Assembly: GCA_963771275.1 (NCBI GenBank)
Contig: CAVYSW010000003.1
Coordinates: 832,001 to 896,000, forward strand
Direction of reading: 5' to 3'
Length of the DNA: 64,000 nt
Source: an uncultured Gemmatimonadales bacterium
Lineage (GTDB): Bacteria > Gemmatimonadota > Gemmatimonadetes > Gemmatimonadales > GWC2-71-9
A program made the translations under genes and the position numbers. The stretch's first letter is position 1, and the number at the start of each line of letters is the position of its first letter. Of the stretch, positions 18,295 through 28,345 are shown in pieces. The notes below the pieces were generated by a model that worked only from the letters and a program-made list of their open reading frames with translations, searched no databases and was not told the DNA's origin.

Positions 18295-19370
18295 TCTGTG
18301 AAGCGGTGCCCCGCGTCAAGCCCCCCCCCGAGCTTGCCATCGCTCCCTTCCTCCGTTGTCCCGCCCGTCTCGAGGTGCTGCTCAGCCTTCTGTGCGCGCT
18401 CGTCGTTGAGGCTCGTCGGCCTCGGCGCATCGGGGTGGTACGAAGGAGCGGACGGCGCCAACTAAGCGACGGCCTCGTGCGGCGGCCATACGCTGCCGCG
18501 CTCTCGACCTGGTGCGACCGCAGGATCCGCCAGGCGGCCTCGACCAGCAGGTAGCGGACCCGCCGATTCCCCGCCTTGGTGATCGGCCCCACGCGGCGCG
18601 GTTCGTTCGAGCTGCGCTCCCCGGGCACCACCCCCAGATAGGCCTCGAACTGGTGCGCCGCGGCAAACCGGGTGATGTCATCGATCGTCGCGTTGAGCGG
18701 CGTGAGCAGGGTGACCAGCGGGGCCAGCTCGGCGGCCAGCGTCGGCGACACCGGGAGCGCCTCGAGCTGCGCCCCCCACCCGCTCGGCCGCGCTGCTCGG
18801 CACCCGCAGGCCGTCGCGGCGCACCAGCGCCTTGGCGAGGGCGACGGAGCGCGTGCGGGTGCGCACCAACGCCTCCCGCACCGCCAGCTCCGCCCGCACA
18901 GGGCGCCGCGGCTCCGCGAGGCGGTGGGCCCGCCGATAGGTGCCCGCCTGACAGGCCTCCATCAACGTCCGCGCGTCCCGCTTGTCCGTCTTCACCCGCC
19001 GCGAGCGGGTGGCGTACATCGGCGCGTCGTTCGGATCCGCCACGATCACCGCGTGCCCCAACGATTCCAGATGCCGCGCCACCCACTCACTCTCCGTGCT
19101 CGCCTCCAGCAGCACCCGCGCCGGCGGCCGATCGGCCAAGACGGCAGTGAATCGCTCGCGGCTCGTCACGATCCGCCGGTCGGCGATCGTCCCGTCCGCG
19201 TGCCCGATGCAGAGCTGGCTCTCGCGTTTGTGCAGATCAAGCCCTATCGTATCCATTGGTAGCTGGCCTCCCGGTTGCGCCCCGTCGCAAGACGGTGAGC
19301 GCGTGAAAAGCGTGTGGGGCAAGCTTGCCACCACGGAACCGTGGAGGTCAGCTACCGCTTCATACCAACT
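18295..19370 (-). mobile_element. IS1111-group element with decayed transposase
   Basis: Subterminal inverted repeats TGAAGCGGT 18299-18307 and ACCGCTTCA 19354-19362. Confidence 0.85.
18463..19256 (-). pseudogene. IS110/IS1111 transposase pseudogene
   Basis: MDTIGLDLHK, LLEAST, KTDKRDA, then frameshift and deletions; YLGVVPGERSS and ITKAGNRRVRYLLVEAAW in another frame. Confidence 0.85.
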
Positions 19371-19393
19371 AAGCGCATGTCCGTCAGGCTGCG

Positions 19394-20597
19394 ATGAGAA
19401 GACGGCTCCGTTTTCCGATATGCTTCGCCGCCTGGCTTTGTTCGCAGGCGCTCGCTGTGAGCGCATGTCGCGTTCAGAGACCCACAGCAACGCCCCAAGC
19501 CTACGACAGTGCTGGCGTGCACGTCGTCGAACTCTCACTACGCGATCCATCGCGATGGGCCTTGTCTCCCGAGCCAGTTCTGGATCTGTCGACCTCCGAT
19601 GACGCGACTCGCGAGTTCTTTCACGTAACCGCTGGCATCTTTCTCTCGGACAGCGCGATCGCCATCGTCAACGCGGGCACCTACCAGGTACGAGTCTTCG
19701 CCCCGGGTGGCGCACTTGAGATCGAGTTTGGCCGGGCGGGCGACGGCCCAGGCGAGTTCCGAGGGCCGTACCGCATCTTCGAGGTGCTCGGGAGCTGGCC
19801 TCGCGGTACACGATATCTTCCGAGCAACCCTGTCGCTCTTTGACCGCACCGGCCACCTCCTCATTACGGCATCTCTGCCCCACGTGGCCGTCTGGTCCAC
19901 GGTGCTTGGTTGGCTCCAAGAGGATCGAGTGCTCCTTGGTTACTGGACCGTGGCACCGCTACTTCAGGAATTCCAACAACAGTTCACGCAATACCTCTCC
20001 TACTCTTGGACGAATGGGATCGTGGACTCTCTCGCACGCATCCCCTCAGGTACGATTGGCTTCATCGGGGGCCTCGAGCCATGGGGCGTCATAGGCGGCG
20101 CCCTCTTCGAGGCACAAGCGCACGCGGCGACCGTCGCCGGTCTGGCCATCCTCGGAGACGGAGCGGTACCCGAGCTTCGCTTGGTCGACAGACAGGGGGT
20201 CCTAAAGCGCATTCTGCGTTGGCACCACGACCCCAAACCGGTCAGGGCCGGAGACCTGGAAGCGTATCGGGCCGCGAGGCTCGGTGAGCGCCCCGATCCG
20301 GCCGACCGAGCCATGATGAAGAAGCAGTTGGCCGCTACGCCTGTGTCTCAACAGTTTCCGGCCTTCGCTGACATTAGGTCCGACCGCGACGGTCGAATCT
20401 GGATACAGAGCTATGTGCAACCGGGAGCGCGGACCCAGGTCTGGCACGTGGTTCGCCTCGACGGCAACCTGATTGCAGCCGTGGAGCTACCCCTTCGGAC
20501 GCAACTGCTAGATGCTGTATCGGATAAGGTGCTAGTTGTCGAACCTGATGAGTTCGACGTGGAGCATGTTCGGGTGTATCGAATACGTCAAAGGTAG
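19394..20597 (+). pseudogene. 6-bladed beta-propeller lipoprotein, frameshifted near 19790
   Basis: LAVSAC, DSAGVHVV, GRAGDGPGEF in frame 19394; continuation in ORF 19707-20597; paralogous to 16088-17293. Confidence 0.75.
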
Positions 20598-20611
20598 GGG
20601 CCCATCGCAGC

Positions 20612-20752
20612 CTCTAACCGGCGCTTACGCTGCCCCGCCCAGTACGTTCACGAAGGAACAACAGGTTGGCCGCGTGGTGAATTCGCAGGTACGTTCACGT
20701 CACGTTGCTGCTGCGAGTTGGGGTCGGCAGCTTAAGCGCAGGTCCACTAGCC
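20612..20752 (+). repeat. attC site (subfamily B), degenerate R'
   Basis: CTCTAAC 20612-20618 ... GCTTAAGCGCAGGTCC-ACTAGCC. Confidence 0.8.
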
Positions 20753-20813
20753 AGGCGCTGCTCCCTTCCGTCGCCCCACTTGCGGGTAGTACGCCAATGG
20801 CGTACCTTTCCCC

Positions 20814-21132
20814 ATGCGCTTCGTCGAGACCCCCGTCTTTCACGCAGACGATCCAGCGGCTCCTGACGGACGACGAGTACCGGCGCTTGCAGCTCGCCCT
20901 CCTGCTGCGCCCAGAACAGGGCGCGCTGATCCCCGGGTCCGGCGGGCTCCGGAAGATGCGTTGGGCCGCCAGCAGCACCGGCAAGCGCGGGGGCCTTCGG
21001 GTCATCTACTACTGGACCGCCGGGAGGGACGTCGCTTACATGCTGTTCGCGTATCGGAAGAACGTCCAAGAGGACCTGACCCCGGCACAATTGCGCGTGC
21101 TCCGGCGGCTCGTGCAGGAGGAACTGGAATGA
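20814..21132 (+). pseudogene. RelE/HigB-2-like toxin with a 1-nt insertion near 20838
   Basis: MRFVETPVF joins TQTIQRLLTDDEY...GSGGLRKMRW...GKRGGLRVIYY only if one T is removed (span 319 nt). Confidence 0.8.
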
Positions 21133-21419
21133 GGAAGCAGGACTTCGACCAACTGGTGCTGAGCATCAAGCAGGCCGGGCGGATCCGGCGCGGCCAGGCG
21201 CGCCCGGCGCGGGTCACCGTGTTCAAGCCCGCGGACGTCCGCGCGGTGCGCGCGCGCCTCGGGCTCTCCCAGCCAGAATTCGCGCTGCTGATCGGGGTGA
21301 GTTTGGCGACCCTCCGCAACTGGGAACAGGGACGCCGGGTCCCCGAAGGCCCCGCCCGGGCTCTCTTGCGGGTCGCGGCCGCAAATCCCCACGCCGTGGC
21401 GGCAGCCCTTGGAGCATGA
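21129..21419 (+). CDS. HigA/NadS-like HTH antitoxin
   Basis: LGLSQPEFALLIGVSLATLRNWEQGRRVPEGPARALL. Confidence 0.88.
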   Translation: MRKQDFDQLVLSIKQAGRIRRGQARPARVTVFKPADVRAVRARLGLSQPEFALLIGVSLATLRNWEQGRRVPEGPARALLRVAAANPHAVAAALGA

Positions 21420-21428
21420 ACACGCGCT

Positions 21429-21574
21429 GGCTAACCGGCGCTTGAAGCTGCCCGTCCGGGTACGTTCACGAAGGAAAAGGTCTTTGCTCGCGTGGTGAAT
21501 TCCTGGGTACGTTCATTGACACACGTTGCTGCTGGTGAGCTAGGGCCGGCAGCTTAAGCGCAGAGTCGTGAGGC
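21429..21574 (+). repeat. Last attC site (subfamily B), degenerate R'
   Basis: GGCTAAC 21429-21435 ... GCTTAAGCGCAGAGTC-GTGAGGC. Confidence 0.85.
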
Positions 21575-21650
21575 GGCGCATGTTGATGGCGCTCGTCCTC
21601 ACTCGAACTGCGGCGACGTTGCCAACCCAAGTGAGTGTGACGAGGTCTCC

Positions 21651-22136
21651 ATGACCACAAAGAAGGGCACGCAGAAGTCCGCCAAGAGCACCACTGCGAC
21701 CGGCGTGAAGTCCATGGGATTCACGGACGAGGAACGAGCTGCGATGAAGGAGCGTGCCCAAGAGCTGAAGGCGGAAGCGCGCCGCGGCTCGCGCGCCGAC
21801 CAGGCGGACGGGGAAAGCGCCGCGCTCGCGAAGATCGCCGAGATGCAGGAACCGGATCGCGCCGTGGCCCAGCGGCTCCATGCTCTCATCAAAGCCAGCG
21901 TGCCCGCCCTCTCGTCGAGAACCTGGTATGGGATGCCCGCCTACGCCAAGGACGGCAAGGTCGTCTGCTTCTTCCAAAGCGCGCAGAAGTTCAAGTCGAG
22001 GTACGCGACGTTCGGCTTCACCGACGAGGCGAACCTCGACGACGGCGCCATGTGGCCGACCTCCTTCGCGCTGACGGCGCTGACTGCCGCCGAGGCGGCA
22101 AGGATCGCCGCGCTCGTGAAGCAGGCGGTGAGCTGA
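21651..22136 (+). CDS. DUF1801/YdhG-like protein
   Basis: [32 protein letters not shown]. Confidence 0.8.
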   Translation: MTTKKGTQKSAKSTTATGVKSMGFTDEERAAMKERAQELKAEARRGSRADQADGESAALAKIAEMQEPDRAVAQRLHALIKASVPALSSRTWYGMPAYAKDGKVVCFFQSAQKFKSRYATFGFTDEANLDDGAMWPTSFALTALTAAEAARIAALVKQAVS

Positions 22137-22172
22137 GGACTGCCGGCCCCCCGGCCGCTTCTCGGATTCAAG

Positions 22173-23240
22173 ATGGCCCTTCTCGACGAGTTTGGCTGGG
22201 ACAGTGATTGGGCGTCAGCGCTCGCCGAAGTGGAGCATAGCGCGATTTCCCAGTGCGGGCGCGTTACCGCGCAATATCGAGGTCGTTGGACCGTTCAGCT
22301 CGAATCCGGTCCGGCCGGCGCGCGCATCACATCCGCGTCCTTTCATGCACCGATGCCGGTGACCGGTGACTGGGTGCTCGTCGAGCCAGGTCCGAGCCCC
22401 GACGATCCGGTCTCGATCCTCGACGTGCTTCCACGGCGGTCCGCCGTATCTCGGGGCGCAGCGGGGACCGGAACGACCGAACAGGTCCTGGCCGCCAATA
22501 TCGACGTGGCGTGGATCGTTCATGGTCTAGACGCGCCGCTCAGTCTCCGCCGTATCGAGCGCTACCTGGCTGTGACCTGGGAGAGCGGCGCCGTACCTGA
22601 AGTCGTCCTCACCAAGGCAGATCTCGACTCGGACGTAGCAGGTACGGTGGCGGCCGTCGAGTCAGTCGCCATGGGGACCGCCCTGCACGTCGTGAGTATT
22701 GAGCAGCCCGAGAGCCTCCGTGCCCTCCGCGGCAGCCTCAGGGCCGGACGTACGGTCGCGCTGCTCGGCCCGTCCGGAGCCGGGAAGTCGACGTTGATCA
22801 ACGCCCTCGCCGAAGTACCCCTGGCTGCGACCGCCCCGGTTCGCGAGACCGATCGTAGAGGGCGTCACACCACCGCGCGTCGCGAGCTGTTCCGTATGCC
22901 AGGCGGTGCCCTCTTGCTCGACACGCCTGGACTGCGCGAGCTGCGCGTCTGGGATCTGGCGGAGGGCCTGCGGCAGGCGTTCCCGGAGATCGAGGACCTC
23001 GCGGCGGCGTGTCGTTTCCGCGACTGCCGGCATGACGTGGAGCCGGGCTGTGCCGTCTTGGCCGCCGTCGCGGCGGGCACGCTGGACCCGGAACGGTTGG
23101 CGAGTTTCCGGAAGCTACGTGCCGAATCGGCGTACGCGGAGCGTAAGTCGGATCCGCTGGCCCGCGCATCAGCCGTCGCGAAGCACAAGACAGCGCTCAA
23201 GACGGTGAAGTACCACCCGAAGTATCGTCAGCAGGAATGA
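22173..23240 (+). CDS. rsgA: Ribosome small subunit-dependent GTPase A
   Basis: TKAD, GPSGAGKST, GRHTT, DTPG, CRFRDCRHDVEPGC. Confidence 0.92.
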   Translation: MALLDEFGWDSDWASALAEVEHSAISQCGRVTAQYRGRWTVQLESGPAGARITSASFHAPMPVTGDWVLVEPGPSPDDPVSILDVLPRRSAVSRGAAGTGTTEQVLAANIDVAWIVHGLDAPLSLRRIERYLAVTWESGAVPEVVLTKADLDSDVAGTVAAVESVAMGTALHVVSIEQPESLRALRGSLRAGRTVALLGPSGAGKSTLINALAEVPLAATAPVRETDRRGRHTTARRELFRMPGGALLLDTPGLRELRVWDLAEGLRQAFPEIEDLAAACRFRDCRHDVEPGCAVLAAVAAGTLDPERLASFRKLRAESAYAERKSDPLARASAVAKHKTALKTVKYHPKYRQQE

Positions 23241-23344
23241 AGCCGGTCCGACGTTTCGTTCACGCGCGTCGATCCCCTGCCGGCACCACGGGCGCATGAG
23301 CGTGATGGCGACCCAGTGAAGCCCAATCCGTCGGAGGGATCTCC

Positions 23345-24118
23345 ATGCCCGGGGCTATGAGGTGGTGGACCTGCTCCGTTCTGCTTCCCGCTCTGCTGGC
23401 GACGCTCGCTTCTCCCTCGCTCGCCCAGGCTCCCCGCGTCGAGCTTGATCACGTGTTCATCGTGGTCAAGCCTGGAGCGGGCGACGAGCTCAGGGCGCTG
23501 CGTTCCGCGGGCCTGACCGTCGCAGCCGACACGGCCCGCCATGAGGAGCAGGGAACGGCATCAGTCGCCGTGCTGTTCGAGAACGCATACCTCGAGCTGA
23601 TTTGGGTCGACAGCGCGGTCTCCGTGGCGCCGGACCATGCGGCCACTGCGCACTGGTTTCGCAGGGCCGCGGCGTGGCGAACGACCGGTCAGAGTCCTTT
23701 CGGCTTGGGATTGCGCCGGATGCCCGGTGACACGGCGGCGCTGCCCGTTCCGGTTGAGCGGGAACTCGCGCCGTGGCTCGGGCCGGGCGCCGCCTACGAG
23801 CTGCTCCATCAGCCTGCCGATTCGCTGGCGACAGACTTCTTCGTGGTTCCGGCCAGGGCCTCTCTACCAGCGTGGATCGCGCGGGAACGCGACCGTGCTC
23901 CTGAGCAGCTCCAGCATCCCGGTGGCGGTCGCCGGATCACCCTCGTGAGAGTGTACGGTCCGGCAGCGCAGGAGCCCATCGCCTTCGGCCGGCTTCGGCC
24001 TCGGCCGATCGAGATGCTCCGTGCCGCGGAGCCCGTGCTCGAGGTCCATCTGGATAACGACGTTCGCGGCCAGCGTGTGGATCTCCGCCCGCGTCTCCCG
24101 TTGATCATCGTACGTTGA
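23345..24118 (+). CDS. Secreted VOC/glyoxalase-like protein
   Basis: Signal peptide; ELDHVFI, HEEQGT, FENAYLELIW. Confidence 0.7.
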   Translation: MPGAMRWWTCSVLLPALLATLASPSLAQAPRVELDHVFIVVKPGAGDELRALRSAGLTVAADTARHEEQGTASVAVLFENAYLELIWVDSAVSVAPDHAATAHWFRRAAAWRTTGQSPFGLGLRRMPGDTAALPVPVERELAPWLGPGAAYELLHQPADSLATDFFVVPARASLPAWIARERDRAPEQLQHPGGGRRITLVRVYGPAAQEPIAFGRLRPRPIEMLRAAEPVLEVHLDNDVRGQRVDLRPRLPLIIVR

Positions 24119-24213
24119 CGCCACGGCAAATGGAGATGCCTCACCGAAGGCCGCGCACCAACCGACCTTCCGATGTAGCTTAACGGTTTCCCCGACCATC
24201 GAGCGCTGACACG

Positions 24214-24672
24214 ATGAGCCTCTATCTCTGGCTGAAGGCGGTTCACGTACTCGCAGTCGCCATCTGGCTCGGCGCCGCGGTGACGGTCTCCGGCGTGGCC
24301 GGTCTCATGACACGCACTTCTGATCTGCACCGCATGGGCGCCTTGGCATCGGTGTGCGATTTTGCCAGCACACGACTCATTGCGCCTGCGGGAGGGATCA
24401 CCTTCCTGTTCGGCATCGTTGCGGTCTTCGTGGGTCATTTCGGTATGTCGCTTTGGGTGTGGTGGGGTGTGGTCGGCGCCCTGTTGGTACTCTCCGTGGG
24501 CGGAGCGATCCTCGGGCGAGGGTTCCGTCGGCTGGCGCGGCTATTGGAAGCACCGGCGGGGCGCGAGGCAGAGATTGGCGCCCTCGTGGGTCGGCTGCGA
24601 GCGGTTGGTGTCGGCGCGCTCGTGGTTCTTGTGTCGACGGTGCTCGTGATGGTGCTCAAGCCGACACTCTAG
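24214..24672 (+). CDS. DUF2269-like membrane protein
   Basis: LKAVHVLAVAIWLG...MVLKP; four TM segments. Confidence 0.75.
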   Translation: MSLYLWLKAVHVLAVAIWLGAAVTVSGVAGLMTRTSDLHRMGALASVCDFASTRLIAPAGGITFLFGIVAVFVGHFGMSLWVWWGVVGALLVLSVGGAILGRGFRRLARLLEAPAGREAEIGALVGRLRAVGVGALVVLVSTVLVMVLKPTL

Positions 24673-24686
24673 AGCCGCGCGGCCGC

Positions 24687-25256
24687 TTGTTCTCCGGTCT
24701 GCACACCTGTCCCTGGTGGCTCGCGTACACGTTCGATAACCCGCTGCGCCGCCTCGTGCACGACCCCGCAGCCCTGTTCCGCGGACTCGTGGCGCCGGGC
24801 CAAACCGTCGTCGACATCGGCTGCGGCCTGGGGTACTTCAGCCTCGCGCTCGCCGAGCTCGTCGGCTCGACCGGCCAGGTCGTCGCCCTGGACGTTCAGC
24901 CGGAGACGGTACGGCGCGCGCGACGGCGCGCGGAGCGCCGGGGCGTGGCGGATCGGATCGACTTTCGCGTCTGCGAACCGCGTCGACTGGGGTTCACCGG
25001 CCTGGCCGACTTCGTCTTGGCCTTCTGGATGGTCCATGAGCTGGCGGATCCGCGGGCGTTCTTCACGGAAGTCCGGTCGTTCATCCAGCCTGCCGGTCAC
25101 TGCTTCATCGCCGAGCCCAGGGGACACGTCTCCCCCGGGCGGTTCGCGGCCACGGTCGACCTCGCCCGTGCGAGCGGATTCGCGGTGGCCGACGGCCCGC
25201 GGGTGCGGTTCAGCCGATCGGTGGTATGCACGCCGCTGGTCCCGAGGAGCCGCTGA
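24687..25256 (+). CDS. Class I SAM-dependent methyltransferase (start uncertain)
   Basis: CPWW, VVDIGCGLG, ALDVQ. Confidence 0.8.
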   Translation: MFSGLHTCPWWLAYTFDNPLRRLVHDPAALFRGLVAPGQTVVDIGCGLGYFSLALAELVGSTGQVVALDVQPETVRRARRRAERRGVADRIDFRVCEPRRLGFTGLADFVLAFWMVHELADPRAFFTEVRSFIQPAGHCFIAEPRGHVSPGRFAATVDLARASGFAVADGPRVRFSRSVVCTPLVPRSR

Positions 25257-25345
25257 CGGCGTCCTGATCTGAAACACGTCACCGCGGACGAAACCCTTCG
25301 GGCAGTCTGAGCGTCCAACGGAATGACCCCCAGACGGGTGTTCCA

Positions 25346-27883
25346 GTGACGCCACTCCTCGGCATCCTCTTGGCGCTTCAGGGCCAGGGGCCTCCCCCTG
25401 ATCCTCCCTCGGCGAGCGCCACCGCGGTGCCCGCCACGCGCGCCGCCGCACCGCCCATCATCGACGGGCGGGACGGTGACGCCGTCTGGCGCGCCGCGCC
25501 GGTGATCACCCAGTTCCTCGAGGCCCGGCCCAGCGAAGGCGCGGCCCCGAAGCTCGCGACCGAGGCGCGGGTCGCCTACGACGCGCGCAACCTCTACGTC
25601 TTCGTGCGCGCCTTCGACCCGCATCCCGACAGCATCGTGGCGCTGCTGTCGCGCCGCGACGATCAGACCGCGTCGGATCAGATCATCCTGCTGCTCGATT
25701 CCTACCACGACCGCCGTACGGGATACGAGTTCGCGGTGAATCCGGCCGGCGTCAAGGCGGACTATGCCATCTACAACGACGGGAACGAGGACGTCGCGTG
25801 GGACGCGATCTGGGACGTGGCGACCAGCATCGACTCGGTCGGGTGGATCGCCGAGTACCGCATCCCGCTGTCGCAGCTGCGCTACTCGGCCAAGGGGGAC
25901 GGCACCTTCGGCATCCTCATCTGGCGGGTGATTCAGCGCCACACCGCGACCGTGACGTGGCCGCTCTACCGCTCGTCCAGGTCCGGCTTCGTGTCCCAAT
26001 TCGGCGAGCTGACCGGGCTCGTGGACTTGGGGAGCCCGAGCAACGCGGAGATCACGCCGTACCTGGTGACCAAGAACGTGCAGGGCCCCGCGTCCGCCGA
26101 CTTCTCGCGCAGCCAGAAGCTCACCGGGGGCGGCGACCTCAAGTACCGCGTCGCTTCCAACCTGCTGCTCAACGCGACCGTCAACCCCGACTTCGGGCAG
26201 GTCGAAGCCGATCCCTCCGTCCTCAACCTCGGCGCCTTCGAGACCTTCTTCTCCGAGCGGCGGCCGTTCTTCGTGGAGGGCAAAGGCCTGTTCAGCTTCC
26301 CCGTGAACTGCGTCGTGGTGGTGGACTGCAACACCGGTGAAGGGCTGTTCTACTCACGCCGGATCGGCCGCGCCCCGCAACTTGCCGGCATCTACGAGGA
26401 CGAGGTCTCCGCGACCTCCACGCCCATCCTCGGCGCCGGGAAGGTGACCGGCCGGCTGCCAGGCGGCTTCTCCGTGGGGGTGCTCGACGCGGTGACGGGT
26501 CACGTTTCGGACTCCGCGGGGACTACCCTCGAACCCGCGACGAACTACGCCGTGATCCGCGGCAATCAGGACTACCATCACGGCGACGGCAGCGTTGGGT
26601 TCATCCTGACTGGCGTGAACCGGTGGCTCGATACCGCCGGCACGCCGTACCTCCATGGAAGCGCGTACGCCGGGGGGATCGACGCGCGGCGGCGGTTCGC
26701 CGGCCGGTTCGAGGTATCCGGATCGTTCGACGTGAGCCGGGTGGCCGGCTCGCCCGCGGCGATCGCCCGAACCCAGCGGACGACGGTCCACCTCTACCAG
26801 CGACCGGACGGCCCCCTGACGTTCGATGCGACGCGCACCTCGCTCACCGGCACGAACCTCGAGCTGCGCTTCGCCAAGGTCGGCGGCAAGCGGCTCCACT
26901 TCGAGACCGCCTACCAGCGGCGCTCGCCGGGCTTCGAGGTCAACGACCTCGGCTTCCTGCAGCAGGCCGACCAGCAGGCGTGGACCACGTGGGCCGCGCT
27001 GGCGTTCCTCACGCCCAACCGCGTGTTTCAGCAGCTCAGATGGAACTTCAACAACTGGGAGTACTGGAGCGCCGCCGGCCTCCCGACCGAGCGTGCATTC
27101 AACACCAACGTGCACACCCAGTTCACGAACCGCTGGTGGCTCCACCTGGGAGGCACGCTCGGGCAGCTCGGCGCCACCTACTGCGATCGCTGCGCGCGCG
27201 GCGGTCCCGCGATTCGGCAGGATCCGTACATCGCGCCCTGGGGCGGCATCTCGGGCGACGACCGCAAGGCGCTCGTCCCCTCCTTCTGGTTCAATTACTT
27301 CCGGGGTGATCAGGGTCGCTCGTCATCCATCAGCCTGTCGCCCGAGCTGGACCTCAAGGTCGCCAGCCGGTTCACGACGTCGCTCAGTGTGGACTACCGG
27401 CGGAACCGCAATGACAGCCAGTACTACGGGACCTTCACCGATTCCCTGGGGGCGCAGCACTACACCTTCGCGCACCTCGAGCAGAAGACGCTGAGCCTCA
27501 CGTGGCGGCTCGACTACACCTTCACGCCGACCGCGTCGCTCCAGATCTACGCCTCCCCCTTCGTGTCGAAGGGCACGTACAGCGACGTGCGCGAGCTGAG
27601 CGAGCCGCGCGCCGACGCGTACGCGGCGCGCTACCAGCCGTACGGCGATCGGTTCGTCACCCGCAAGCCCGGCGGGTTCAACGTGCAGGAGTTTCGCTCG
27701 AACGTCGTGTTTCGGTGGGAGTACCGGCGCGGCTCGACGCTGTTTCTGGTCTGGAGTCAGGGGCGGGAGGATTTCACGAAGCGCGAGGGGAGGGACTCGT
27801 TCGCCGGCGACTTCGCCAATCTGTTCGATCAGCGGCGGAACGATACGTTTCTCGTGAAGGTGTCGTACTGGCTGTCGCCGTGA
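25346..27883 (+). CDS. CBM9-like plus DUF5916 outer-membrane protein
   Basis: PIIDG, YDARNLYV, TVNPDFGQVEAD, ERRPFFVEG, C-terminal KVSYW. Confidence 0.82.
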   Translation: MTPLLGILLALQGQGPPPDPPSASATAVPATRAAAPPIIDGRDGDAVWRAAPVITQFLEARPSEGAAPKLATEARVAYDARNLYVFVRAFDPHPDSIVALLSRRDDQTASDQIILLLDSYHDRRTGYEFAVNPAGVKADYAIYNDGNEDVAWDAIWDVATSIDSVGWIAEYRIPLSQLRYSAKGDGTFGILIWRVIQRHTATVTWPLYRSSRSGFVSQFGELTGLVDLGSPSNAEITPYLVTKNVQGPASADFSRSQKLTGGGDLKYRVASNLLLNATVNPDFGQVEADPSVLNLGAFETFFSERRPFFVEGKGLFSFPVNCVVVVDCNTGEGLFYSRRIGRAPQLAGIYEDEVSATSTPILGAGKVTGRLPGGFSVGVLDAVTGHVSDSAGTTLEPATNYAVIRGNQDYHHGDGSVGFILTGVNRWLDTAGTPYLHGSAYAGGIDARRRFAGRFEVSGSFDVSRVAGSPAAIARTQRTTVHLYQRPDGPLTFDATRTSLTGTNLELRFAKVGGKRLHFETAYQRRSPGFEVNDLGFLQQADQQAWTTWAALAFLTPNRVFQQLRWNFNNWEYWSAAGLPTERAFNTNVHTQFTNRWWLHLGGTLGQLGATYCDRCARGGPAIRQDPYIAPWGGISGDDRKALVPSFWFNYFRGDQGRSSSISLSPELDLKVASRFTTSLSVDYRRNRNDSQYYGTFTDSLGAQHYTFAHLEQKTLSLTWRLDYTFTPTASLQIYASPFVSKGTYSDVRELSEPRADAYAARYQPYGDRFVTRKPGGFNVQEFRSNVVFRWEYRRGSTLFLVWSQGREDFTKREGRDSFAGDFANLFDQRRNDTFLVKVSYWLSP

Positions 27884-28345
27884 GCGCGGGCTCCCCGTCG
27901 TCCACGACTCGGCTCTACCGCCCTGCGAGCCGAGCAGCCCGCGCACGCCGGGATCGTCGCCGTCACCGGCATCCCGTTCTACTCGATCTGCGCCCACCAC
28001 TTCCTGCCATTCTTCGGCACGGCCGACGTCGGCTACATTCCCGGCGAGCGCCTCGTCGGCCTGTCCAAGCTGGCCCGAGTCGTCGACTTCCATGCCCGCC
28101 GGCCGCAGCTCCAGGAGCGGTTGACGGAGCAAGTCGCGGCCCTGCTCGAAGAACGGCTCGCACCGGCCGGCGTCATCGTGTCGGTTGAGGCGCGTCATCT
28201 CTGCATGGAGATGCGCGGCGTGTCGCGGCCCGGGGTGACCACGACGACCACGGCCGTCCGCGGAACGCTCAAGGACGAGCGCCTGCAACGACAGTTCTTC
28301 GCGCGCCGGCGCGGCGGCGCGGGATCATCGACCTGGGAGACGTGA
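27884..28345 (+). pseudogene. folE: GTP cyclohydrolase I, N-terminally truncated
   Basis: FYSICAHHFLPFFG, GLSKLAR, PQLQERLT, HLCMEMRGV; no canonical in-frame start before these motifs. Confidence 0.75.

Larger units (their letters stand above)
18171..19389 (+). repeat. attC site (subfamily A) split in L' by an IS1111-like element; R' degenerate
   Basis: CTCTAAC 18171-18177; GGCAGCTT at ~18294 resumes as AAGCGCA at 19371; R' GTCAGGC 19383-19389. Confidence 0.85.

Noticed and set aside
21651..25256. Genes after the last attC as further cassettes
   Set aside because: No R''/R' pairs found; only a short GTAGCTTAA resemblance near 24175
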